Shown: piece after piece, positions 30,863 to 43,500 of the stretch
Position numbering within the stretch: the stretch's first letter is position 1
How the letters are laid out: each line of letters starts with the position of its first letter
Assembly: GCA_002104945.1 (NCBI GenBank)
Contig: MCFH01000058.1
Coordinates: 248,001 to 312,000, forward strand
Length of the DNA stretch: 64,000 nucleotides
Reading direction: 5' to 3'
Source of the DNA: Piromyces finnis finn
Taxonomy: Eukaryota > Fungi > Neocallimastigomycota
Program-made: the position numbers and the translations under genes
Notes under the pieces: model-generated
What the model saw: the letters and a program-made list of their open reading frames with translations, nothing else
What the model was told of the DNA's origin: nothing
The model's database searches: none

Positions 30863-33800
30863 ACAATGAACACCATAAGACGTCAATGGATGTTCATAAT
30901 ACACCAAAAATTATTTATTATAATTTCCCATCTCTAGAGAACAAAGAAAATCCCAATTTAAATTCATTTCTAACCTTTAATTCATATATTCCTAAAGAAT
31001 TTCTAAATAACAACTCTAATTTTATTACCAATTCTCCAATAACCTGTAATTCAATACTTGATTCAGGTTCCTCATGTAACTTTATTTCTACCATATTTGT
31101 AGAAAAATATAATTTAATTAAAAGAAAATTAAAAAACAAATTGATTATAAAAGGTATTAGTGGGTTTACTACTGATATCAATAATTATGTTTATTTAAAA
31201 TTTCAATTAAAAATTTTTATCAAAAATAAATTTTATTTTATATCTTTTAAAGAAAAATTCTTAGTTTCAGAACATATTCCTATGGATTTATTATTTGGAA
31301 ATAAATTCATGAAGAAATTTAAGATTCATTTTAATTATAAAAATAATCATTTATATTGTAATAATTTTAAACACTTCAATAATAAGAATTTAAAAATTTT
31401 TTCAAAAAATTTAAAAATTTCTCATTCTAAAAAAGATTTTAATAATTCATTTTCCGATAATACTAATAATAATTCTACTAATTTCTCTCATAAATCTAAT
31501 CGTCAAGTTAAAGATAATAATTCTACGTCTTTTAATAAGAGTGATATCAATTATTTTATCCATTCATTTTTATCTGAAAATGTCGAAAATTTTGAAGATG
31601 ATGAAGAAAATGACCTAACCCTTATCATGGATGATATCCCTAATGAATATAAAGATCTTGCTGTTGTTTTCAGCAAATCAAAAGCTGATAAGTTACCTCC
31701 ACACCGTTTAACTGATTGTAAAATAGTCCTAGAAAATGACGCCACTTTACATTATGGACCTATCTATCCTTTATCAAGACAAGAGGAAGAAGCCTTACAA
31801 GAATATATTAATGAAAATCTTAAAAAAGGTTTTATTAGGCCCTCTGAATCTCCTGCAGGTTACCCTGTTGTTTTCCAGAAGAAAAAAGATGGCTCATTAA
31901 GGGTCTGTATTGATTACAAAAAGTTGAACGCTGTAACAGTAAGAAATTCGTACCCTTTACCTTTAATTTCAGATATCATTGAAAGGGTTAGGGGTTCAAA
32001 AATTTTCACTAAATTGGACTTGAGATCAGCTTATAATTTGATAAGAATAAAAGAAGGTGATGAATATAAGACTGCTTTTAGAACAAAGTTTGGTCATTAC
32101 GAATATTTAGTAATGCCATATGGATTAAAAAATGCTCCAGCAATATTTCAATCATTCATAAATTCAATATTACGCGAATATTTGGATAAATTTGTTATTT
32201 TATACATGGATGATATTTTAATTTTCTCAGAAAATCTCAACGATCATATCAACCATGTAAGATCTGTTTTAGATAAATTAATACAAAACAACTTATATGC
32301 AAAATTTGAAAAATGTGAATTTCATAAAAATGAAGTTGAATTCTTAGGTTTCACTATTTCAGGTAATGGTATCTCTACTGATCCAAAGAAGATCGAAGCT
32401 ATTAAAGAATGGCCTAGACCAAAATGTGTTAAAGATGTTCAACGCTTTCTTGGTCTTTGTAATTATTATAGAAGGTTTGTTAATAATTTTGCCAAAATCG
32501 CCAAACCTTTACATAATTTAACTAGGAAAAATGTTAAGTTTCATTGGAATAAGATATGTGATGATGCTTTCGTAAATTTACAAAATAAATTAATTACCTC
32601 TCCCGTTTTAGTTTTTCCTGACACTAATAGGCCGTTTATAGTAGAATGTGATGCCAGCAATTTCGCAATAGGTTCCGTTTTATCTCAATATGATGATGAT
32701 AAAAAACTACATCCTGTTGCTTATTTTTCCAGAAGTTTAAATGATACAGAAAGGAACTATTCTATTACAGATAAAGAACTTCTTTCTATTAAATCTGCTT
32801 TTTCGGCTTGGCGACATCTACTTTTAGGTGCTAAATTTAAAGTAAAGGTTTATACAGACCACCGCAATTTACTTTATACTTTAGGTGGAAAAATTCAAAA
32901 TCAACGTCAACATCGTTGGCATCTCTTCTTTCAAGAATATGATTTTGAATTAATTTATCGCTAAGGAAGAAAAAATGGTAAGCCAGATAGTCTCTCTAGA
33001 AGACCTGATTATAATTCTGGTAATGAACAAATAAAACCTGAGCATATTTTAGATATAAAAAATGTTAAAAACATTCCATGTTTTGTGGGAATTCTTAGTG
33101 ACTTTATTGATAAAGTTATCGAATATACTAAAACAGATAATACTGCAAACGATATTAGATTATATTTTGCACCAAATAATGCTAATCAAGGTTATTTTTA
33201 TAGACCTTTTAGAAAAATGAATAAATTCAAGATTCAAAATAATATGATTCTTTATAATAATTTAATATATATTCCTGAAGCTTTAAGATTAGAAGTACTT
33301 ATGCGATACCATGAAAATCCTGCTGCTGGTCATTTGGGTATTAAAAGAACTGAAGAATTAATTACTAGAAACTATTGGTGGCCAAAAATTCATAAAGATG
33401 TAACTGAATTTGTTAATTCTTGTGAAACTTGTACTAGAAACAAATTCAATAAACACAAAAAATATGGTCCTTTACAACCTTTAGAAACTCCTGATAGACC
33501 ATGGCGTTCTGTTGAAATTGACTTTTTATGTGGTTTACCTGATTCTAAAGGATATACTGTTCTAATGGTTACTGTAGATAGATTTTCAAAAATGATTCAT
33601 TTAGTTCCTTTTAAGAAAATACCTGATGCTAAACAAACAGCTACAGCTTTTATTAAAAATATATTCAAACTTCATGGATTACCTTCTGATATTTATACTG
33701 ATCGCGGTTCTCAATTTACTAGTGATCTTTGGAATAGTTTAATGGAAGAACTTAAAGTTAAAACTAAAATTGCTACCACTGATCATCATGAAACGGTCGG

Positions 33801-34566
33801 GCAAGTTGAAAGATGTAACTCTTTTATTGAACAATATCTACGCTGTTATTCAAAGTCCTATTATCATGATGATTGGGTTGAATGGATTCACTTAGCCGAA
33901 TTTGTTTATAACAATTCTATTAATGAGTCTACCAAACAAAGTCCTTTCTTTATTAACTATGGATTCCACCCTCCTGTTGATGATGTTTTCCTTTATGACA
34001 AATCCTATACTAATAATAATTTTATTAGAAATGTTTGTGATAATTTTAATTATGTTAAAGAAGTTTTATTTAGAGCCAAGGATTTATATAAAAAACATGC
34101 CGATAAGAAAAGGATGTCACCTCCTATATTTAAAGTTGGCGATAAAGTTTGGATTCAAGCTCCTCCATCCTTTTCTACGGAAGAAACTCCAAAACTTTCT
34201 CCTTGTAAATATGGACCCTATAAAGTTTTATATGTTTTGGAAAATAACAATTATAAAATAGATATACACAACTCTCCTTTCCCAAAACATCATCCAATCT
34301 TCCATATTTCGGAACTTGAACCTTTTATTCCTACCCCTTCAAGATTTTTATCAAGATCAAAGGATCCCGAATCAATTAAAGACATCATTGAGATTGCGGG
34401 TTTTCGAACTAATTATAAACTTAAACGGTATGAATACAAAATTAGATACAAATACCGTTCTCAATATAATTGGGTTCCTTCTAGTGAAGTTGAAGATAAC
34501 CCAAGAAACCAAAATATCTTCTTATTATATTTAAAGAACAATAGGAAGCCTATTGATATCGCTTAT

Positions 34567-34572
<6 letters not shown>
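30853..34572 (+). pseudogene. pol: Pol of element C, with an in-frame TAA at 32962-32964
   Basis: Motifs LDSGS, YMDD, VECDAS, HHCC, DDE, GPY and a chromodomain-like tail; LIYR*GRKNG versus LIYRQGRKNG in element D. Confidence 0.9.
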
Positions 34573-34600
<28 letters not shown>

Positions 34601-36347
34601 AGAGAAAGAGAGAGAGAATGAAAAAAAAAAATGAGAAAACTATTATAATACAAAATTACTTCAATTTAACCCATCACAGATTTAAAAATTGAAATTTCAA
34701 AAATTTTTATATTCACTATTTTTTAATTATAAAATTTATTTTTCAGCTTATTATTATTAATATTTTTAATATCAAATTTTAAAAATTTCAAAAAACATAA
34801 AAAACCCTTTAAAATCAAAATTTAAAATTTCAAAAAATTCAAAATTTCAATTATGACAGTTGTACAACATAAAAAATTTCAAAAACACATTTTTTATACA
34901 ATACATATATGTATTTCATAACAAAATTTCATTTTTACCAATTTTTGACAACTTTTGAAATTTCGCGAAATGGCCATTTAAAATTCATTCCTCCATCCTC
35001 ATGTGACCATTTCGAAATTTCAAAAATTTTGAAAATATTAAAATTTCAATATTTTAAATTCAATATAATATATTCCACTATCAAAAAATTGTCTAGTATC
35101 CAATTTTAGTGGAAGGGCGTTGTCAAAATCACAATTCATGAAATTTGACATTTCATGAAATTTCATAATTTTGAATTAATAGTTAAATTAATTAAAATAT
35201 TAATTTAATAATATTTTACTAATAATAGTTTATTTAATATAAATATTAATTGGAAAGCTATTTATTATCCGGAGATAAATAGAGTGTAACAATTAATTAA
35301 TATTAAACAAACCAATTAGTAAAATAAGATTCATTTAAATAATTATTAATATTATTTTTAACAACTTATTAATATCGATATTTAAAGAAAATTATATTAT
35401 TATTACTATTATATCTTATTAATATTTATATTTATATTATTATACATGTATAACTTAAATTATATTATTATTATACTTTATTAATATCAACATTATATTA
35501 AAAATGAAGTATAAATAAATTGAACAAAGAACAACTTTAAGAAGTTCTTTGTGAGATTATTATACTCATTTTTATATAGTAAATTCAATATTTAAAATTA
35601 ATAATTATCATTTACTTATATTATAAAAATTAAATAAAATATTTCTTAAAAAACTATATTTATTACTCTTTTATTTATAAAAATTTATTATTTACTATAT
35701 AATTAAGCCTATCCTAACCTAGTAGACTTAATTATAATTCTAAATCCACTCTAACTCTTGACAAAAATTAAAAATTTTTTTTAAAATTTGAAAATTTGAA
35801 AATTTGAAAAAATTTATTTTTTAAATTTTTATTAAAAAATTTCAAAGTATAAAATTTCTAATATTTGAAATTATTAAATTTTTTAAAATTATTAAAATTT
35901 TATTATTAAAAATTTTATTTTAAATTTATTTATTAACTATTTACAATAATTATATTAATTATTAATTTATAAAAATTAAATATTTTATAATTAGATAATA
36001 ATTAATTAAAATTAAAAAATGTAATAATTAAAATTGTTCATGTATAAAAAGAACAAAAATTGACAAAAATTACAAAGCTTTAGCGTTAGTAATTTTTTAA
36101 CCTAAAGTTAATAAAATTTATAAACTCCTATAAAACCTAAAACTTTAAAAATTTTAATATTTTTAATAACTTAATATATGCTGATATTAAGTTATTGCTA
36201 AAATAAAAATATTATTTAAATTTCTTTATATAAATATTATTAGCTTTACGCCTTCAATAGGAAAGCGTATTATATTTATTAATTAATATAACTAGTGTGC
36301 TTACCACACTTTTCTTTAATAAAAAATCGCTTTTTGACAGACTTTGT

Positions 36348-36968
36348 TGATAACGGATTGGTAGTTATATTATAACTTTTTAACTACTTCTTCTGTTATC
36401 TTATATTGTTTTATCTCGACAGCTGTTGAACGAGCTTTAACAATATCTACTAGTTTTATTAATTTATTTTAAGTTATTTTATAATTTTAATAGTTTTATT
36501 ATTTTAATAATATTTATATAGAATAATAACACCAGATTTATTCTATAAAATATTATTTATTATTAACACAATAATTACAAATTAGACAAGTTTAATTTCG
36601 TTTTTATATTTTCTTTTATTTATTGTTCTTACGCTCTTTTTAACAATAATTTTTATTATATAAAAACTTATTTTTGTCTTTTAAATATTATTATGTATTC
36701 ACTAATTAATTATATTAACTATTATTAAAATTTAACTTATTATTAATAATCTAAGTCTTCTCATTTTCTACTAAAAATTATTATTATTCTTTATATTAAA
36801 AATTATTTTTATAATTTAACCCAATCAAATATATAAATTTATAAAATATTTGATTTTATGTAAATTATATTTTTATAATAAACTATATAAAATTATTTAA
36901 TAATTATTTTATAATAAAATTTTCTACTAATATCAAATTTATAATATATTTATAATTATTATTTATCA
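36348..36968 (-). mobile_element. Solo LTR, family I (621 bp)
   Basis: TGATA...TATCA termini; 4-bp TSD TTGT at 36344-36347 and 36969-36972; inverted partial copy at about 63360-63739. Orientation assumed from the TGATAAATAA start shared with families A and E. Confidence 0.82.
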
Positions 36969-36969
36969 T

Positions 36970-37468
36970 TGTAAGAAATATTTGTGGCCATAAGTTTGCC
37001 CACAAATATTTCAATTGAAACCATATATTCTGGTCACCATTTATTGGCCAGATATATGTATAATCATATATTAATGGTTATTAATTAAATAGGAAGTTTA
37101 TTTGCTTTACCCAATCAAGTGGTAAAGAAAATAAACTAATATAGTTAAATAGTATAGTTAAAACTAACGTTAAATACTTTAGCGTTAGTATTAAAGTAAA
37201 TTAGTAACTATAATAATAATTAATGTATATAATTATAATTAATAAATAAAAGATATAATTAATATAGAATTATTTAAGTAAACATTATTTCATAAAATCT
37301 TTATACGTTTGTTTGTAATTATTTTAGTGTTATAATATTTATTTTATTTCTTTTATTATTTTTTATAAAACTTTATTTAGTTATTAACTCGTATAGAGAG
37401 GTAATAACTAACTTAATTAGCTAAATATTAATAACTTATTAACTAATATTATAAAAACACCTTTTACA
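36970..37468. mobile_element. Solo LTR, family L (about 500 bp; its first 3 nt are separated by the family I insertion)
   Basis: TGTAA...TTACA termini; flanks GACTT/AACTT (one mismatch); shares CTTTAGCGTTAGTA with family F; the same start is seen at 49393. Confidence 0.68.
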
Positions 37469-38533
37469 AACTTTTTTGATACAAGATGCATAGAAAAATA
37501 TAATATTTTAAATATTTCATGAATAATATCTAATCCTTTTATAAATTGTATATCAATTACTAGTGTTAATAATAATTAAACTATATTAGTATAAATTATT
37601 ATGACGCAAATTTTACACATATATTAGAATAGTTAATTACACAAGAAACGAAAAGATATAAAAATAGTGATAAAGAACAATACATAAAAGAAGAGAAAAA
37701 ACTTTTCATATATAAATAATATTTGATATTTTAGTTTTAAGTATAAGTTCTATTTTATTTTATTTTAGTTACAGTTTATTTTAGTTTAGTTTTAGGTCAC
37801 TAATTACGTATTTAGTATTTATTTATCATATTTAATTCAGTTTAAAATATTAATTATAAAAGAAAAGAATAATTATTGTTTATTTTTATTATTTCAAAAA
37901 GTTATATTTTATTATTAATAAGAATTTTATCAACATATTTTTATATTTACATTTTATATTTAAGTATTTATATTCATTAAACAATAACTTTCGATTCTAC
38001 TAGTATTGAATGTTATTAATGTTATAATTATAATCATAATAATAATAATAATTAAATAAAGAAACTTTAAACCAAAATCTATTTAATTATATTATTATAA
38101 AATTTATTATTTTTATTATTTGTTTTTATTATTTATTTTTATTATTATAAAATAGAAATAAATACAATATTATCTAATATATTATTCAACTCTCATTCCC
38201 TATTGCTAACGTTCACAATTATATTTTATTTATGGTGTTTTTGAAATATATTGCATCATAAAATTTGGTGGAGAATCCGGGCGTAGCAATATTGAATAAT
38301 ATGAAACAATAATAGTATTATTTCTATTCTAGTTATATTTTTTTATTTTTATTTTATTATTTTTAATTAAAATAAACTCTTTTATATAAATAAAACTTTC
38401 TACTATAAAACTATTAAATATACACAAATATTATTATATATATAATATAAAAAAAAAAAAAACATTATAATATTAATAAGTATAAGAAGTTATTATAAAA
38501 ATTTATTTTAAAATAAATAAATAAATAATTCAA

Positions 38534-40568
38534 ATGGTAGACGCCACTAAAGTAAAAAGAGACCTTCCATACCTCTGCGATTATGGAAAGGATATTGATT
38601 CTTGGATGGAGGATTTTATAAGTGTCATGGAGATCCATGATATACAGGAGCCCTCTAGAATATTTGTGTGGTTAAAAGTTGCTGTTGAAGCGGATATCAA
38701 GAACGTTTTAAAATCTTTATGTACCTCTCACAATAACGTTAAAAGGTATCCTAATTATAAAGAGGTACAATCTGCCATTGAAGATTATCTGGAAATAAAG
38801 TCAGGGGATAAATGTTCTGTATTAAAAACATTAAAAATTAAACAAAATGAAACTATAAAAAGCTTCAACTATAAATACTTAACTCTTTATCACCGTTTGG
38901 AAAGAGATTTTATGAAAATCATTTCTGTGGATGACTATTTAAATTCTATTAAGAAAAGAGTTTATCCACACTCCCAAGTTATATTAGCCGAATGTGAAAC
39001 ATTATCCGAAGCTTTTAAAGTTGCTGAAAAGGCTGAGAAAGCCGAAAGAAGAACCATAAAAAGTACTGAAACTAACAATATTTCTATGGTATACCAAAAT
39101 ACAAAAAATACTCGAAATGCTCTGTTAGACCATCCGTTATATAGAGGATTAGTAGATGAAGATAATGATAATATTAATCACAGCAATTTTAATAACTCTT
39201 ATTCAAATTATGTACAAGAAAAGCCTATCAGAAGATCCTATCCAGGTACCCCAAGAAATTATGAAAATGTGTATTTTAATAATAGTAACTTCAGGAGTAT
39301 CAAATGCTACTATTGCAAGCAAATGGGACATAAAGCTAGTGAATGTCCAAATAAAAGAGAAAGAAATAATAGAAATAATTTCAATAATTTTAACCAATTT
39401 AATAACCAAAGAAATTCTTATAATAGATATGGAAATTTATATAATGATTATGACAATAATAATTACAACAATAATAGTTATTTAAATGGATTCAATACTA
39501 ATACTAATACTAATACTAATACTAATAACAACACCCAAAAGGGTAATAGAAACATTAATGAAAATAAATATATGGATTATTATCATACAAATAAATATAA
39601 TAATATGAATAATAATTATATATACACCAATAATGATTATAAGAAAGGTAATTTTAATCCAAGTGGAAATTATAATTATAATGAAAGTAATAATATTAAT
39701 AGCTACAATAATTATAATAATAATATTGGATATAATGAATATTATAGTAATGGTTTTAATAGTTATTATAATAATTTTTTTTTTAACTTCCGAGTGCATT
39801 TCTCCCATCGATCAGAGTTAGCTCCAATGGTGGTTCTTAGAGAAACGTTGGCTCATTCCTATTGCTAGGTGGTTGTGACCCTCCTGGTCTGTCATACTGT
39901 TTCTTCAGCTTCGACGCTCACTTAATCCATGTACATTAGATGCATGTCGTTGTACGATATTTCACAACTACAATGCTAAGCCTCTTATAGTCAATTTGAT
40001 CACGTGTCAACCGCCCCCTAATGTTTACACTTAAATTGATTAAGGAATATTATGTGTTTTTGGCATAGCCTAAGTCACCACTTATTAAGTTCTAATTTGG
40101 AATGTACCATGTACACTAGACCCTCTCAGGCCGGCTAGACGAGTGTTATTATCATAGTAGTAAATTAGAAAGTTCATTTATACTTACCTGAATATCATAA
40201 CCCAACCCATGGCAAACCCAGTGGGAAAATCCACAGGCACTGACATCTGCGGGGTCGAACCAGAAGCCTTATGTATGCTAAGGAAACGCCTTAACAACCA
40301 GGATAAAAACTGGAACGACAGTTATTATAATAAAAACAACACAATGAACAATAATGCATTTAATAATGTCAGTAATATCAATGAGAATAATATGAAGAAT
40401 AACATTAGTGATAGTGATAACAGGAACGATATTAATAATAATTACCCTAATCAATTAAATAATCAATATTATAATAATTATTATAATAAGAACTTACCAG
40501 AACATAATTACAATAAAACAACCAAAATTAATTTAAATAATCCACCTGAATCAAATAATTTAAACTAG
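38534..40568 (+). pseudogene. gag: Gag of element G (CCHC knuckle CYYCKQMGHKASEC), interrupted by a SINE
   Basis: The Asn-rich frame resumes after the SINE (SYYNKNNTM...ESNNLN*). Confidence 0.85.
39775..40319 (-). mobile_element. tRNA-like SINE, copy 2
   Basis: Reverse complement of 578-1130 with one substitution seen; T10 tail; 14-bp TSD AGTTATTATAATAA at 39761-39774 and 40320-40333. Confidence 0.9.
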
Positions 40569-43500
40569 ATTATGGGAGAAGGATAACTCCCAGTAATCAA
40601 ACCAATTCAGATATTTGTTTTAATTCAAATAAAACTTCTTTAAATAACAATAATAATAATGATAAAATAAATGAAAATATTATGTTTGTTAACAGTGACA
40701 CTAATAAATTTGATGAACAAATCATTTAATAATGATAATAATAATAATGATAATGGTATAAATGATTATGCTTATAATCAAAATAATTATGATATTTATA
40801 ACAATAATAATAATATATATAATAATAATATTTATAATGATAATATATATAATAATGATAATGTTTATATTAATAACGATACTTATAATAATGATATTTA
40901 TGTCAATAGTCATAATGCGAATATTAATAATGATACTGAGAGTTATAAAAATAATGATATGATTTATGATAACAATATTTATAATAAAAATAATATTTAT
41001 AACAAGAAGAATATTTATAATAATGAGGAATTTTATAATGAAAATGATAATAATAATAATAATAATATTCATAATGATGGTGATATTTATACAAATAATG
41101 ATATTCATAACAGTAATAATATTAATAATATTATTAATGGTGATAAAAATAATATAAATACCAATAATGATGATGATGATGAATATGAGTATCATAAAAA
41201 TAATAAAACTTATGAGAAGACTAGGAGAAATCATTATGATAATGAATTTAATAATAGAAATATAAAAGAAAGTAATTACAATAAATATAGTAATCTCAAC
41301 ATGAAGGAAGAAGTAGTAGCAGTCGCACAAAAGAATGAAAAATCAAATAAACCTAAGCGACTAACTCCATATAAGGATTCCGAAAGAAAGTTAAAAGAAA
41401 ACCCTATTCCTTTTAGCACACCTGCTTTAAAATTAGCTAAACGAAAAATGAATAACAATAAAAATAATAAAAGCGTAGCTATGGATGAAGATACAGCATT
41501 GGAGGAAAATATTGAAACCAATATTATGGATGAAAATAAAAGTCCAGATAATCATACAAAGAAGGGAAAACAGGTATCATTTTCTGAGGATGTGATACCA
41601 ATTAAAGAATCAGAAATATTAGTTTTAGATGATAATATTAAAGAAGAAAATAACAAAATTGACAAAACCTTAGAAACTACTAATGATAATAATAACACAA
41701 ATAAATTAAATTACCTAGATTTGTCTGTTATTAATAAACCCAATATTTCAAATGTAAAAAAATTAAGTAAACAAGAAAAATTAAATGAAATGAAGAATAA
41801 CTTAAATGATAATATGAATGAAACCCAATCTCTGAGTAAAACTAGTAATCCAAAATTAGAAAAACATATTAAAATGATGGAATTAATTGATGATTTCAAA
41901 ATTAATGATTTGATAAAAGAAGTTGCCTCTACTGATGTAGTAACAAAGTTAGGTTATCTTTTAAACTTATTCCCGAAATTTAGATCCGAATTTATTAAAG
42001 CTCTGAAATTAAAAGAAATTGATAAGAAATCTTTAATAAATGTTATGAATGTTATTGGAAGTCATAAAGTCATTAAGGTTAATGGATTTATAGAAAATCG
42101 ACCAGCGGAAATATTCTTAGATTCTTGTGCTAGTGTAAACCTAATTACTACTGCTGCATTAAAGAAATTCAATATCAAGAAATTACCAGTTGGTAGAGTA
42201 TCTGAAAAGATATTTCAAGTTTACTCAAATAGTTCTATTGATTCAAATATCTATGAATTTAAGATTACAATAGGAAATCACACATTTACAGATCACTTTA
42301 GAGAGGTAGAAAAAGATGATATCTTTGATGTACTTGTTGGAATTGCTACATTGAAAAGAAATGATTTTATTTTAAATTTAGTTGACGATTCTTTATTACA
42401 TGTTAATAATAATAATGAATGTATTAAATTAGCACCTTTACTTTATGATGTAAATTTTAATAATTCAAATAATATTAATAAAGATGAAGATAAAAACTAT
42501 ATAGAGTGCGAGTTGAATAAATTTAATAATGTGTGTTCTATTAATAATGCCTCTGATAAAATTTCTAATTTAAGAGTTTCTGATTTTATAGATAATTGTG
42601 AAAGTAATATATCTTATGTTCCTAATAATATTACTACTAAAAATATTTCTATAACTCATAATAATATTTTATTTGAAAATTTCTGTTCTAGTCCACTTCC
42701 TGTTTTTATATCAATTGTTAAAGAAGATACTACTTCTAATATTTCTAATAGTGGTGATAATAATAAGAAGCAACTTATTATAAATGAAATAATAGATGAA
42801 ATACCTATTTCTAGTAGGAATAATATAAAACAACTATTTTCTGAGTATAGCGATGTAGTAGCAATAAAGACAGATGATTTAGGTCATTCTAAATTAATGC
42901 CACATAGAATAAATTTAGTTCCTGGAACCCAACCTATTAAACAACGTGCTTATAGATTATCTAAAGTGCAAGCTGATGCATTAAAAAATGAATTAATTAA
43001 GCTTATTGATAATAAATTAATTGTTCCTTCTAGTTCGTCATGGTCATCTTCAGTAGTTTTAGTACCTAAGAAAAATAATCAAATAAGAATGTGTGTTGAC
43101 TATAGAAAGGTAAATAATTGCACTATAAAAGATGCATATTCACTTCTTTGATTGATGATATTTTATACTATGTGGGTAATGCTACTATTTTATCTACTAT
43201 TGATTTATTTTCTGGTTATCATCAAATACCTATGCATCCTGATGATAAAGACATAACTTGCTTCACTACCATATATGGTAATTTTAATTTCCAAGTTATG
43301 CCTTTTGGACTTTGTAATGCACCGGCCACTTTTCAACGTGAAATGAATCGAATATTTTTTGATTTAATTGGTGTATGTGTATTTGTTTATATAGATGATC
43401 TTGTTATTTATTCTAATTCATTGGAGCAACATTATGAAGACATTAAAAAAGTTTTTAAAATTCTACATAATAACGGTTTAAAAATTAATGTAGAGAAATG

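Larger units (their letters stand above)
29085..35763 (+). mobile_element. Full-length Ty3/Gypsy chromovirus-like element C
   Basis: 643-bp LTRs (29085-29727, 35121-35763), one difference seen; TSD AAAAT; PPT AGTGGAAGGGCGT at 35108-35120. Confidence 0.96.
29033..36339. mobile_element. Solo LTR, family F, split by element C (pieces 29033-29084 and 35769-36339)
   Basis: TGTCA...TGACA termini; TSD GACTT at 29028-29032 and 36340-36344; the same start is seen uninterrupted at 63013 and 63235. Confidence 0.85.

Noticed and set aside
32962-32964. Possible RIP-like mutation (CAA to TAA)
   Set aside because: A single event; the G-to-A change in element D is not in a CpA context, and near-identical repeats and long intact ORFs argue against RIP.
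40722-41330. Ile-rich ORFs on the antisense and alternative frames of element G (also 39482-39808)
   Set aside because: Shadows of the Asn-rich AAT-coded sense frame.
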